Below, piece by piece: positions 12,047-25,185 of a DNA stretch of 64,000 bases. The stretch lies in assembly GCF_964213995.1 (NCBI RefSeq), contig NW_027590154.1, positions 248,001-312,000 on the forward strand, written 5' to 3'. This stretch comes from Mustelus asterias. Lineage: Eukaryota. Position numbers and translations under genes: made by a program. Numbering within the stretch: position 1 is the first letter of the stretch; each line of letters begins with the position of its first letter. Below the pieces are notes generated by a model. The model was not told the DNA's origin. It was given only the letters and a program-made list of their open reading frames with translations, and did no database searches.

Positions 12047-12199
12047 GTGAGTAAAACACTTTCTTTTCTCCCCCTTTCCATTTCTTTTCTCATTCTGGGG
12101 GGAAACTGGGGACTTGCAGCAACTGAAGGGAAAGGAAGTGAATCCAGGGAGGGTGCAGACTCTGGAAAGGTTGGTCCAGGTTTCTCTCTCTCTTAAACC

Positions 12200-13390
12200 C
12201 CAGAAAATGATCCATTTCTGCCCACTGTTTGCTATGAGCCAATCTTCTATCCACGCCAATATGTTCTCCCCGCAGCATGAATTTTTATTTGCTGCAATAA
12301 CCTTTCATGTGGCACCTCATCAAATGTCTTCTGGAAATCTAAGTACAGCGCATCCACCGGTTTCCCTTTATCCAATTCCCGATGGGGAATTTTAGAAAAT
12401 TGAACAACACATCAACTCTCTCACTCTGTTAAGACCCGAGAATGAAGCCCAGCAGGACCTGAGGACTCATCAGCCCACAGCTCCAACAGTTTGCTGAGGA
12501 CCACTTCCCTGGGAATTGTGCTTTTTCAGAGTTCATCCCACACTTCTGTTTTCTGATTTCCAGCTGTTTCTGAGTTTTAACTGTATCCTCTATTGTGAAC
12601 ACCGAGGCAAAATACTTGTTCAATTCATCTCCCAGCTCCTTATTTTTCATTATCAATTCCTGGAATCACTTTCTATTAGACAGTTAAGAAATGAGGTGGA
12701 GCAAGTGACTGAAGTGTCAGTCAGGGAGCACTATTGGGAGCACCAATAGTTTCAAAATAGTTCTGGAAAAAGATAGGACAGGTCCACAAGTCAAGGCCCT
12801 AAACTGGAGCAGGGCCACTTTTGTGGGCATTAGGCAGGATCGAGCAGATGTCGATTAGGTGAATTTGTTTGAAGGGAAAGGAATGACTGGCAATTGGGAG
12901 GTTTTGAAAGTGTGATATCAAGAGTCCAGGGGCAGTATATTCCTGTTAAGATGCAGGGAAAGAATGGTAAATTTAGGGATCTCTGGCAGACAAGGGACAT
13001 TGAGGCTCTGGTCAGGTAAAAGAAGGAAGCATAGATTGGGTTTAGGCAAGTGAATCACTCTGACTATAAAAAGTGTAAGAAAATACTGAGGAGGGAAATC
13101 AGGAGGACAGAAAGAGGGTATGATATGGATCTGGCAGGTAAGATTAAAGAAAATTCCAAGAGGTTCTATAGCTATATTAAGAGTAAAAGGGTGGACAGAG
13201 AGAGAATAGATCCCCTTAAAAATCAGTATGGCCATCTGTGTGTGGAGCCACAGGAGATGGGTGAGATTTTTAATGAATACTTCTCCTCTGTGTTTTCTGC
13301 GGAGAGCACCATGGGTGCTAAAGAAATAAGGGAAACAAGTGATGATGTCTTGGGCACACGCATGTTACTTGGGAGGAGGTATCTGCAGCC
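12200..13390. mobile_element. Decayed CR1 fragments (minus ~12200-12680, plus ~12680-13390) in the ZNF intron
   Basis: Peptides ELNKYFASVFT and KIKENSKRFYSYIKSKR...EIFNEYFSSVF. Confidence 0.8.
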
Positions 13391-14015
13391 TTATAAAAGC
13401 AAATTACTGAGGATGCTGAAATCTGAAACCAAGAGAGAAAATGATGTTTCTTGTCTAGATGACCCTTTGTCAAAGCTCTGAAACATCAGTTCTTTTCTCT
13501 CCATACAGATGCTGCCAGACCTGCTGAGAATGGGGAGAGAGTGTGTGGGATGGAGATTGACAGCTTTTGGGGAATGAGAGAGGAAAGAATGTTCCATAGA
13601 AATTGTCTGTTCTGAATTCCTATCCTGTACTGACACTGATGACTTTTGTAAACTCATTTTCCAGGATATTGAAAGAGGAATCACAGGCTGAAATCTCAAA
13701 CGTCACGTCGAGACGTGACAGAGTCATATTCCTTGGGAGCTGAATATCATCGGACTTTCAATCCAGAAGGAGAAATGATTGTCCAGTCTGTCGATTTGAA
13801 AAGATTTGAAATGTCAGTGTGACTGAAAAAGCATTGACACACTGCCACACTTGAGTGAGTGTGTTCCAATGCACTGACTAAAGAGCTTTAACCAGTTACA
13901 CAGTCTGAATAAATATCACACCATTCACAGCGGGTAGAGACTGTAATCTTGTTCTGTGTGTGGACGAAGTTTCAACTAATTGTCCACTCAAGAGAGAGGC
14001 AAGGACACCTGCATC

Positions 14016-15026
14016 ATGGAGAAACCATGGAAATGTGCGGATTGTGGGAAGAGATACAGAGCCCCATCTAAGCTGGAAGTTCATCGGCGCAACCACACTG
14101 GGGAGAGGCCATTCACCTGCTCTCAGTGTGGGAAGGGATTCACTCGGTTATCCCTCCTGCAGAGACACCAGCGAGTTCACACTGGAGAGAGGCCATTTAC
14201 CTGCTCTCAATGTGGGAAGGGATTCAGTCAGTTATCCGACCTCCAGAGACACCAGCGAGTTCACACTGGGGAGAGACCGTTCACCTGCTCTCAGTGTAGG
14301 AAGGGATTCACTCAGTTATCCAGCCTGCAGACACACGAACGCGTTCACACTGGGGAGAGACCGTTCACCTGCTCTCAGTGTGGGAAGGGATTCACTCAGT
14401 TATCCACCCTGCGGACACACGAACAAGTTCACACTGGGGAGAAACCATTCACCTGCTCTCAGTGTGGGAAGGGATTCACTCGGTCATCCCTCCTGCAGAG
14501 ACACCAGCGAGTTCACACTGGGGAGAGGCCATTCAACTGTTCTCAGTGTGGGAAGGGATTCACGAACTCATCCACCCTGCGGACACACGAACGAGTTCAC
14601 ATTGGGGAGAGACCGTTCACCTGCTCTCAGTGTGGGCAAGAATTCACTCTGTCAGCCGACCTGCAGAGACACCAGCGAGTTCACACTGGGGAGAGGCCGT
14701 TCACCTGCTCTCAGTGTGGGAAGGGATTCATTCTGTTATCCAGCCTGCGGAGACACCAGCGAGTTCACACTGGGGAGAAACCATTCATCTGCTCTGAGTG
14801 TGGGAAGGGATTCACTAACTCATCTGACCTGCAGACACACCAGCGAGTTCACACAGGGGAGAGGCCGTTCACCTGCTCTCAGTGTGGGGAGGGATTCACT
14901 CAGTCATCCAACTTGCAGAGACACCAGCGCATTCACACTGGGGAGAGACCATTCACCTGCTCTCAGTGTGGGAAGGGATTCAGAGTTTCATCCCACCTGC
15001 TGAGACACCAAGAAGTTCACGAGTGA
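14016..15026 (+). CDS. C2H2 zinc-finger protein, 12 highly homogeneous fingers, no effector domain; main exon starts at 13665
   Basis: First ATG (MEKPWKC) at 14016; 336 aa = 12 x 28; near-identical 84-bp repeats. Confidence 0.92.
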   Translation: MEKPWKCADCGKRYRAPSKLEVHRRNHTGERPFTCSQCGKGFTRLSLLQRHQRVHTGERPFTCSQCGKGFSQLSDLQRHQRVHTGERPFTCSQCRKGFTQLSSLQTHERVHTGERPFTCSQCGKGFTQLSTLRTHEQVHTGEKPFTCSQCGKGFTRSSLLQRHQRVHTGERPFNCSQCGKGFTNSSTLRTHERVHIGERPFTCSQCGQEFTLSADLQRHQRVHTGERPFTCSQCGKGFILLSSLRRHQRVHTGEKPFICSECGKGFTNSSDLQTHQRVHTGERPFTCSQCGEGFTQSSNLQRHQRIHTGERPFTCSQCGKGFRVSSHLLRHQEVHE

Positions 15027-15254
15027 TTCCAGGGGTTGGATTCTGCTGTTATTGTTTCTGCTCTCAATTACATCCAGGACTGCATTTTGTTCGTTCTCAC
15101 AGTTGGTCAATGGGGAGGGTCGGAGGGTTTCTTTCTGCTGGACTGGCCGGTCTCATGACTTTGCCTCCAGTGGGCTGATGCTCTTTGAGTCTTGTTGCAA
15201 ATACCTGGTTTCAGATTTCACAAGGATCACAGAGTGACAGGGTGTTAGGAAGTT

Positions 15255-15525
15255 ATAGAGGTTTACAACATGGAAACAGGCCCTTCGGCCCAACTTGTCC
15301 ATGCCGCTCAGTTTTTACCACTAAGCAAGTCCCAATTGCCCGTATTTGGCCCATATCCCTCTGTACCCATCTTACCATGTAACTGTCTAAATGCTTTTTA
15401 AAAGACAGAATTGCACCCACCTCTACCACTGCCTCTGGCAACTCATTCCAGACACTCACCACGACCTGAGTGAAAAACTGCCCCTCTGGACCCTTTTGTA
15501 TCTCTCTCCTCTCACTTTAAACCTA
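15255..15525 (-). mobile_element. CR1 3' end
   Basis: VVSVWNELPEAVVEVG peptide; ggccgaagggcctgtttccatg 3' UTR. Confidence 0.8.
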
Positions 15526-16124
15526 AAACTAAGAACAAGAAATGTATCGATAAAATGATTAGAGAACAGAGCCAACATTTTGAGTCTGAATGATGCTTCA
15601 TAAGAGCTGTTATGAAGGGTCATCCATTATCGAAACTTTGGCTCCATTCTTCACAGATGCTGTCAGACCCGCTGAGATTTTCCAGCATTTTCTGTTTTTG
15701 TTTCAGATTCCAGCATCTGCAGTATTTTACTTATCTGATAATTTGATTTGGTCTGAGTGGAATCCCCACGACCCTCCCGCAAAACAGAGGGAGTGGTGGC
15801 AAAGGGAGAAAAAGGATAAGGATGATAAAGTCTGGGTTCTGATTCTCCGAGCCCATGTAGAATCAACAAAACCAGTGAACCAGTCTATAAAGAACGGAAG
15901 TTACCTATCCCTAACAAAAACTGATCAAATAAAAATAATTAGGTTGAGGAAGAGAACAAAAGAATTAATAGATTAAGTTTAAAATCAACTTTATTTTGTT
16001 GTTGGACAAGTTTTTAAAAATTATGTAAAGTGATGTAATTGTGTGCCAAGTGTTTTCTGCTCACTCCCCACCCCTTTAGATTCTGTAGAAAAGTTAACCC
16101 TTTCAGCAGACAGTTCATTTAGTG

Positions 16125-19065
16125 ATAGAGGTTTCCAGCTTGGAAACGGGCCCTTCTGCCCAACTTGTCCATGCCGCCCCTTTTTTAACCCCTGTGCTAG
16201 TCCCAATTGCCCACGTTTGGCCCATATCCCTCGACACCCATCTTACCCATGTAACTGTCTAAACGCTTTTTAAAAGACAAAATTGTACCCGCCTCTACTA
16301 CTAGCTCTGGCACCTTTTTTCAGACACTCACCACCCTCTGTGTGAAACAAATGCCCCTCTGGATCCTTCTGTGTCTCTCCCCTCTCACCTTAAACCTATG
16401 CCCTCTAGTTTTAGACTCCCCTACCTTTGGGAAAAGATGTTGACTATCTCGCTGATCTCTGCCCCTCATTATTTTATAGACCTCTATAAGATCACTACAA
16501 AGCCTCCTACATTCCAGGGAAAAAAGTCCCAGTCTATCCAGCCTCTCTTTATAACTCAAACCACCAAGTCCCGGTAGCATCCCAGTAAATCTTTTCTGCA
16601 CTCTTTCTGGTTTAATAATATGCTTTCTATAATAGGGTGACCAGAACTGTACACAGTATTCCAAGTGTGGCCTTACCAATGTCTTGTACAACTTCAACAA
16701 GACGTCCCAACTCCTGTATTCAATGTTCTGACCAACATGCAGAATGCCTTCTTCACCACTCTGTCCACCTGCAACTCCATTTTCAAGGAGCTATGAACCT
16801 GTACCCCTAGATCTCTGTTCTGTAACTCTCCCCAACACACTACCATTAACTGAGTAAGTCCTGCCCTGGTTCGATCGCCCAAAATGTATCACCTCGCATT
16901 TATCTGAATTAAACTCCATCTGCCATTTGTCAGTCCACTGGCCCCTCATTATTTTATAGACCTCTATAAGTTCACCCCTCAGCCTCCTACATTCCAGGGA
17001 AAAAAGTCCCAGTCTATCCAGCCTCTCTTTATAACTCAAACCACCAAGTCCCGGTAGCATCCGAGTAAATCTTTTCTGCACTCTTTCCAGTTTAATAATA
17101 TGCTTTCTATAATAGGGTGACCAGAACTGTACACAGTATTCCAAGTGTGGCCTTACCTATGTCTTGTACAACTTCAACAAGACGTCCCAACAAGATCATG
17201 CTACAATCCTAGATAACCTTCTTCACTGTCCACGATACCACCAACCTTGGTGTCATCTGAAAACTTACTAACCATGCCTCCTACATTCTCATCCAAATCA
17301 TTAATATAAATGACAAATAACAGTGGACCCAGCACCGATCCTTGAGGCACACCGCTGGTCACAGGCTCCAGTTTGAAAAACAACCTTCTACAACCACCCT
17401 CTGTCTTCTGTCATCAAGCCAGTTTTGTATCCATTTGGCGAACTCACCCTGGATTCCATTAGATTTAACCTTAAGCAACAATCTACCATGCGGTACCTTG
17501 TCAAAGGCCTTGCTAAAGTCCATGTAGACAGCATCACCTGTACTGCCCTCATCTACCTTCTTGGTTACCCCTTCAAAAAACTCAATCAAATTTGTGAGAC
17601 ATGATTTTCCACTCACAAAGCCATGCTGACCGTCCCTAATCAGTCCCTGCATCTCTAAATGCCTGTAGATCCTGTCTCTCAAATACCTTCTGACAACTTA
17701 CAGATGTGAATCACACCGGCCTGTAGTTCCCAGGCTTTTCCCTGCAGCCCTTTTTAAACAAAGGCTCAACATTTGCCACCCTCCAATCTTCAGGCACCTC
17801 ACCTGTGACTATCAATGATTCAAATATCTCTGCTCGGAGACCCGCAATTTCCTCTCTAGCCTCCCACAGTGTTCTGGGATACACTTCATCAGGTCCCGGG
17901 GATTTATCTACCTTGATGCGCTTTATGACTTCCAGCACCTCCTTCTCTGTTATAAGTACACTCCTCAAGACATCACTTTATTTCCCCAAGTTCCCTAACA
18001 TCCATGCTTTTCTCAACAATAAATAATGATGAAAAATATTCATTTATGATCTCACCCATCTCTTGTGGATCGGCACATAGATGTCCTTGTTGATCCTTAA
18101 GAGGCCCTACTCTCTCCCGAGTTACTCTTTGGCCCTTTATGTATTTATAGAACCTCTTTGGATTCTCCTTTGCCTCATCTGCCAAAACAATCTCGTGTCC
18201 CCTTTTTGTCCTCCTGATTTCTCTCTTAATTCTACTCCTACACCCTCTATACTCTTCAAGGGATCCACTTGATCCCAGCTGCCTATGCATGTCATGTGCC
18301 TCCTTCTTCTTCTTGACCAGGGCCTCAATATCTTGAGTCAACCAGGGTTCTCGACTTCTACCAGCCTTGCCCATCACTCTAAGAGCAATGTGCTTACACT
18401 GAACCCTGGTTAAAACACTTTTGAAAGCCTCCCACTTACCAGACGTCCCTTTGCCTTCCCACAGACTCTCCCAGTTAACTGTCGAAAGTTCCTGCCTGAT
18501 ACCATCAACATTGGCCTTGCCCTAATTTAGAATTTTAACTTTTGGACCTGACCAATCATTTTCCATAGGTATCTTAAAACTGATGGAATTATGGTCACTG
18601 GTCCCAAAGTGATCCCTCACGAACACTTTTGTCACCTGCCCTTCCTTATTTCCCAAGAGGAGGTCAGGTTTTGCCCCTCTCTAGTCGGGCCATCCACATA
18701 CTGAATAAAAAATTCCTCCTGAATACACTCAACAAATTTCTCCCCATCCAAGCCTCGAATACTATGTCTGTCCCAGTCAATGTTGGGAAAGTTAAAATCC
18801 CCGACTATTACCACCCTATTTTTCTTGGAACTATCTGTAATCTCCTTACATATTTGCTCCTCAATTTTCCACCGACTATTTGGGGGCCTATAGTACAACC
18901 CTATCAAAGTGATTTCCCCCTTCTTCTTTCTCAGTTCACCCCTTTTGACTCAGTAGGCGAACCCTCGGATATATCCCCTCTCAGTACTGCCGTGATGTTT
19001 TCCTGAATCAAAAGTGCAACTCCCCCTCCTTTCTTTCCTCCTGTTCTGTCTTTCCTCTGGCATCT
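16125..19065 (-). mobile_element. Long decayed CR1 LINE (endonuclease to 3' UTR) with an internal 250-bp duplication
   Basis: APE motifs YRPPNS and VGDFNFPNIDW; RT motifs [35 protein letters not shown]. Confidence 0.92.
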
Positions 19066-19084
19066 TGTTTTTAACTTGTTTTTA

Positions 19085-20545
19085 AATCGCCCAGAAACTC
19101 GTGTCTATTTTAGTTTATAATTGTGGATTTATTGGAGCCAGTTAAATGTGGAAATTTTAAGCGTAGCCTGAAGGAATTTGGAATAACTATGAGAATTTTA
19201 TTGTGTTGTCACCTCAACCCCAGATAAAGAACAAAGAGTTTGCAGGTGGTAACGTGTTTGGGATTTTAAATCAACAAAGATTAGATGTTGCCGATAAAAT
19301 CAGGCCTTGGAAGTTGGCTGAAAAAGGGTTAAGTTACAATGAAGGATCTTGCATCTTATTTTAATCAAGGAGTTGTGAGTTTGTAGTGCTCTGTCGCTTT
19401 AAGAAGCTACAGCTGCGAGAGAGAATGCTGAGGATTCATTGTTTGAAATTTACGAGCTGTGAGAATCTGTGTGTTTTGTTTGTTTTATGTGGATGTTTGT
19501 AGATGTGTTTTATCATTGTTTTGGGCTACATTTGTTAAGGTTTATCTTTCTGGGGAATTAACCTTACCTTGAGTCTTTAATTAAAGGCATTTTTGGGAGT
19601 TTAAAAACAGGATCACAAGAACGCTTAAGTAATTAATTTTGGTTATTGTTGTTGTAAAGCACATGCTAAGTTTCTCTGTTTGTGTATGGATGATATTTGT
19701 GGGTTGAACGCTTTAAGCTTTGAGGTTTTCTGTCTGTGATTTAAATCAAACAGATTTTTAAAAAGGAAGTGTAATTAATAAAGCTTTTTTTTCAAAAGTT
19801 ATGAACTTGGAGCCATATTTACTGGACAGAGACAGGATTCCAGGATATTTCACTAAACATGCGGGAATTTTAATCCGGATACAATTCACTCATGAGAATG
19901 AGTTTTAATTTGTAATGGTTATTTAAAATTTGGGACATGTGAAATGATTCTGACCAATCCTGTGTTGGATTGATCTTGGGTTAAACTTCCTGTCAGGTCC
20001 AAAGACACAATTAACACAATGAAAAGGAAAATTCTGGAATTGGATACTGAAGAAAAGAGTTTAAAAAGAGAGATTATTAAATAGAAATGATTCCCAGACC
20101 GTGTGGTCGTTAGGTTGGAACAAAGGAAGAGTGCTGACATCCATTTGAAAACTTTTAATCCACCCCTTTTCAAACTCAGTCTCTGTACAAAGAAAACCCC
20201 AAGGATGGTAGATAAGGGGTTCTGGAAAACATCATGATGGGGGCACCTATCTGTTCATGAGATGATCACAAAGCCCCATGATGTCCAAATACTAATTTCA
20301 TTGGACCTTTCTGTAATGTATGTAATCTATCACCATTCTGATTGGATTGTGTCCAGCTGGGATGGGTTGAGTAACTGGATAAGAATTGATTATTTTCTTT
20401 GTTGGGTGGAGTTGCACATGGTCAGCCCCTGTGGCTTCTCCCCACTGGCGTAACTCAATAAACTATTTGTTGAATCAGGTTTAAGTGTTGAATGATTCTT
20501 CTGAGTTCATTCACCCCAACACACTGGGTACATTACCACTTCATC
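19085..20545 (+). repeat. ~1.45-kb direct repeat, copy 1; distal part LTR-like
   Basis: Colinear with 23755-25185; distal ~270 bp has AATAAA and ends ...ccccaaca. Confidence 0.8.
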
Positions 20546-20935
20546 CCCCCCCCCCCCCCCCGGTCCCCTTGCATCTTTGACCCAAAACAAGAAATCTGTG
20601 TCCCCCCTCGTCCTTGTCCCTTCAGCTAATGGGAACAGCTTTTCTTTGTCCACCTTATCTAAACCTGTCAGAATCTTGTCTACTTCTATCAAATCTCCCC
20701 TCAACCTCCTTTGCTCCAAGGAGAACAATCCCAGCCTGACATTGACAATAAAGAACAAACTAACAGAATATGTTACTGTCTGAAATCAAATGGGAATGTT
20801 TAATTTCTGTTTTAAAGATATTGTGGATATATTGTCCTGGACAATAAAGGAATTGGAATTACTCACCTTGGGTGTGGTTGAATGGAATATATCAATCTGG
20901 TATCCACCAACAGTCTAGTGAAAGTCTGGAATATG

Positions 20936-23560
20936 TACAAAGAACAATACAGCACAGGAACAGGCCCTTCGGCCCTCCAAGCCTGCACTGATCATGTCTT
21001 CCTAACTGGACCATCCGTTTGTATCCCTCTATTCCCAGTCTGTTCATGTGGCTATCTCAATAAGTCTTAAATGATCCTAGCATGTCTGCCTCAACCACCT
21101 TGCTTGGTAGTGCATTCCAGGCCCCCACCACCCTCTGTGTAAAATACATCCCCCGCATATCTGTATTGAACCTTGCCCCCCTTACTTTGAACTTGTGACC
21201 CCTTGTGTTTGTCATTTCTGACCTGGGAAAAAGCTTCCAACTGTTCACCCTATCTATTCCCTTCATAATTTTATAAACTTCTATAAGGTCGCCCCCTCAA
21301 CCTCCGTCTTTCCAGGGAGAACAACCCTAGTTTACTCAATCTCTCCTCATAGCGAATACCCTCCATACCAGGCAACATCCTGGTAAACTTTTTCTGCACT
21401 CTCTCCAAAGCCTCCACATCCTTCTGGTAGTGCGGTGACCAGAACTGGACACAGTATTCCAAATGTGGCCTAACCAACGTTCTATGTAACTGCAACATCA
21501 TATGCCAACTTTTATACTCTATGCCCCGTCCAATAAAGGCAAGCATGCCATATGTCTTCTTCACCACCTTTTCCACCTGTGCTGCCACCTTTAAGGATCT
21601 GTGGACTTGCACACCCAGATCCCTCTGCGTGTCTCTGCTCCTGATGGTTCTGCCATTTATCGTATAGCTCCCCCCTGCATTAGATCTACAAAATGCATCA
21701 CTTCGCATTTATCTGGATTAAATTCCATCTGCCATTTCTCTGCCCAATTTTCCAGCCTATCTATGTCCTGCTGTATTCTCTGACAATGTTCATCACTATC
21801 CGCAACTCCAGCAATCTTTGTGTCGTCCACAAACTTACTAATCAGACTAGCTACATCTTCCAAATCATTTATATATATCACAAACAGCAGAGGTCCCAGT
21901 ACAGAGCCCTGCGGAACACCTGAGTCATGATGTGGAGATGCCGGCGTTGGACTGGGGTAAACACAGTAAGAGTTTTAACAACACCAGGTTAAAGTCCAAC
22001 AGGTTTATTTGGTAGCAAATGCCATTAGCTTTCGGAGCGCTGCTCCTTTCGACCACCTGCTCCATCTGACGAAGGAGCAGCGAACAAACAACGAACAATA
22101 CAGCACAGGAACAGGCCCTTCAGCTCTCCAAGCCCACGCCACTCCCTGGTCCAAACTAGACCATTCTTTTGTATCTCTCCATTCCCACTCCGTTCCTGTG
22201 GCTATCTAGATAAGTCTTAAACGTTCCCAGTGTGTCCGCCTCCACCACTTTGCCCGGCAGCGCACTCCAGGCCCCCACCACCCTCTGTGTAAAATACATC
22301 CCTCTGATATCCGTGTTAAACCTCCCCACCACCCCCCCCCCCCCCACCTTGAACCTATGACCCCTCGTGAACGTCACCACCGATCTGGGAAAAAGCTTCC
22401 CACGTTCACCCTATCTATGCCTTTCATAATTTTATACACCTCTATTAGGTCACCCCTCATCCTCCGTCTTTCCAGTGAGAACAACCCCAGTTTACCCAAT
22501 CTCTCCTCATAACTAAGCCCTTCCATACCAGGCAACATCCTGGTAAACCTCCTCTGCGCTCTCTCTAAAGCCTCCACGTCCTTCCGGTAGTGTGGCGACC
22601 AGAACTGGGTGCAGTATTCCAAATGCGGCCGAACCAACGTTCTATACAACTGCAACATCAGACCCCAACTTTTATACTCTATGCCCTGTCCTATAAAGGC
22701 AAGCATGCCATATGCCTTATTCACTACCTTCTCCACCTGTGACGTCACCTTCAAGGATCTGTGGACTTGCACACCCAGGTCCCTCTGCGTACTTACACCC
22801 TTTATGGTTCTGCCATTTATCGTATAGCTCCCCCCTACGTTAGTTCTACCAAAATGCATCACTTCGCATTTATCAGGATTGAACTCCATCTTCCATTTCT
22901 TTGCCCAAATTTCCAGCCTATCTATATCCTTCTGTAGCCTCTGACAATGTTCCTCACTATCTGTGCTCCGAAAGCTAATGGCATTTGCTACCAAATAAAC
23001 CTGTTGGACTTTAACCTGGTGTTGTTAAAACTCTTACTGTGAACACCCTAGTCACAGCCCTCCAATCAGAAAAAGACCCCTCCACTGCTACCCTCTGTCT
23101 TCTATGGCTAAGCCAGTTCTGTACCCATCTCGCTAGTTCACCTTTGATCCCGTGAGGTTTAACCTTTTGCACCAGCCTGCCATGTGGGACCTTGTCAAAT
23201 GCTTTACAAAAATCCACGTAGACGACATCCACGGCCCTTCCCTTGTCAATCATTTTTGTCACCTCCTCAAAAAACTCAACCAAATTTCCCTCATACAAAA
23301 CCATGTTGTCTATCGCTAATGAGACTATTCAGTTCTAAATGTGTATAGATCCTATCTCTAAGAATCTTCTCCAACAATTTCCCTACCATGGACGTTATGC
23401 TCACTGGCCTATAATTGTCCGGGTTATCCTTGCTACCCTTCTTAAATAACGGGACCACATTTGCTGTCCTCCAATCCTCTGGGACCTCACCTGTGTCCAA
23501 TGAAGAAACAAAGATTTCTGTTAGAGGCCCAGCAATTTCATCTCTTGTCTTTCTCAGTAA
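20936..23560 (-). mobile_element. CR1 LINE interrupted by an inverted Penelope terminal pair (21921-23047) that is itself split by a second CR1 (22083-22963)
   Basis: RT peptides on both sides; TSD gaacacc at 21914-21920 and 23041-23047; empty site of the whole nest near 33050-33070. Confidence 0.85.
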
Positions 23561-23754
23561 CTGGAAGTCCCTTCCTCACAGCACTGTGGGTGTACGTACA
23601 CCTCAGTCATTGCAGCAGTTCAAGAAGGCACCCTTGGGGTTGGGGTTGACCATGGCCAAGGCAGCTACATAGCCACATATTCTGTTATAATTGAAGGACT
23701 GCAGACTGAATGTGAGGCATTGTGGGACTGGACTATCTTGACCATATTCCTGTG

Positions 23755-25185
23755 ACTGCCCGGAAACTCATGTGTCTATTTTAGTTTATAATTGAAGATT
23801 TCTGGGAATAAGTTAAATGCGGAAATATTAAGCATCGCCTGGAGGAATTTGGAATAACTGAGAGTTTTATCCCCAGATAAAGAACAAAGATTTTGCCGGT
23901 GTTTGGGTGTAACGTGTTTGGGATTTTAAATCAACAAAGATGTTGCCTCTAAATCAATCCTTGTAAGTTGGCTTAAAAAAGGTGAAGTTATAATGAAGGA
24001 TATTGTATCTGATTTTAATCAAGGAGTTATGAGCTTGTAGTGCTCTGTCGCTTTAAGAAGCTATAGCTGCGAGAGAGAATGCTGAGGATTCATTGGTTGA
24101 AATTTACGAGCTGTGAGAATCTGTGTGTTTTGTTTGTTTTATGTGGATGTTTGTAGATGTGTTTTATCATTGTTTTGGGCTACATTTGTTAAGGTTTATC
24201 TTTCTGGAGAATTAACCTTACCTTGAGTCTTTAATTAAAGGCATTTTTGGAAGTTTAAAAACAGGATCACAAGAACGCTTAAGTAATTCATCCTGCTTAT
24301 TGTTGTTGTAAAGCACATGCTGTGTTTCTCTGTTTGTGTGTGGATGATATTTGTGGGTTGAACACTTCAAGTTTTGAGGTTTTCTGTCTGTGATTTAAAT
24401 CAAACAGATTTTTAAAAAAGGAAGTGTGATTAATAAAACTTTTTTGTTCAGAAGTTATGAACCTGGAGCCATATTTACTGGCCAGAGACAGGATTCCAGG
24501 ATATTTTATTAAACATGTGGGAATTTTAATCCGGATACAATTCACCCATGTGAGAATGAGAGTTTTAATTTGTAATGGTTATTTAAAATTTGACACATGT
24601 GAAATGATTCTGACCAATCCTGTGTTGGATTGATCTTGGGTTAAACTTCCTGTCAGGTCCAAAGATTTATTCCTGACGCAAGTAACACAAAGAAAAGGAA
24701 AATTCTGGAATTGGATCCTGAAGAAGAGTTTAAAAAGAGAGAGTATTAAAGAGAAATGTTCCCAGACCCTGTGGTCATTAGATTAAAACAAAGGAAGGGT
24801 GCTGACGGCCATTTGAGAACTTGTAATCCACCCCATTTCTAACTAAGGGAGTCTATGTACAAAGAAAGCCCAAGAAAGACCCCCCCCCAAGGGGGGTCTG
24901 GAAAGCATCATGATGGGGGCACCTGTCCATGAGATGATCACAAAGCCCCATAATGCCCAGTTACTACTTTGATTGAACCTATAATGTATGTAACCTATCA
25001 CCATTCTGATTGGATTGTGTCCAGCCGGGATGGGCTGAGTAACTGGATAAGAATTGATGATATTCTTTGTTGGGTGGAGTTGCACATGGTCAGCCCCTGT
25101 GGCTTCTCCCCGCTGGCGTAACTCAATAAACTGTTTGTCGATTGAATCAGTCACAACACACTGGGTACATTACCACTTCATCCTT
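23755..25185 (+). repeat. ~1.43-kb direct repeat, copy 2; distal part LTR-like
   Basis: Colinear with 19085-20545. Confidence 0.8.

Noticed and set aside
13960-15003. 347-aa ORF ([16 protein letters not shown] repeats) overlapping the ZNF
   Set aside because: Shifted frame of a homogeneous 84-bp finger repeat, non-ATG start; not an independent gene
19085-25185. Intact LTR retrotransposon bounded by two 1.4-kb LTRs
   Set aside because: Interior is CR1/Penelope plus sequence duplicated at 32.7-33.3 kb, no gag/pol, and both copies carry the same Gypsy flank; a segmental duplication fits better
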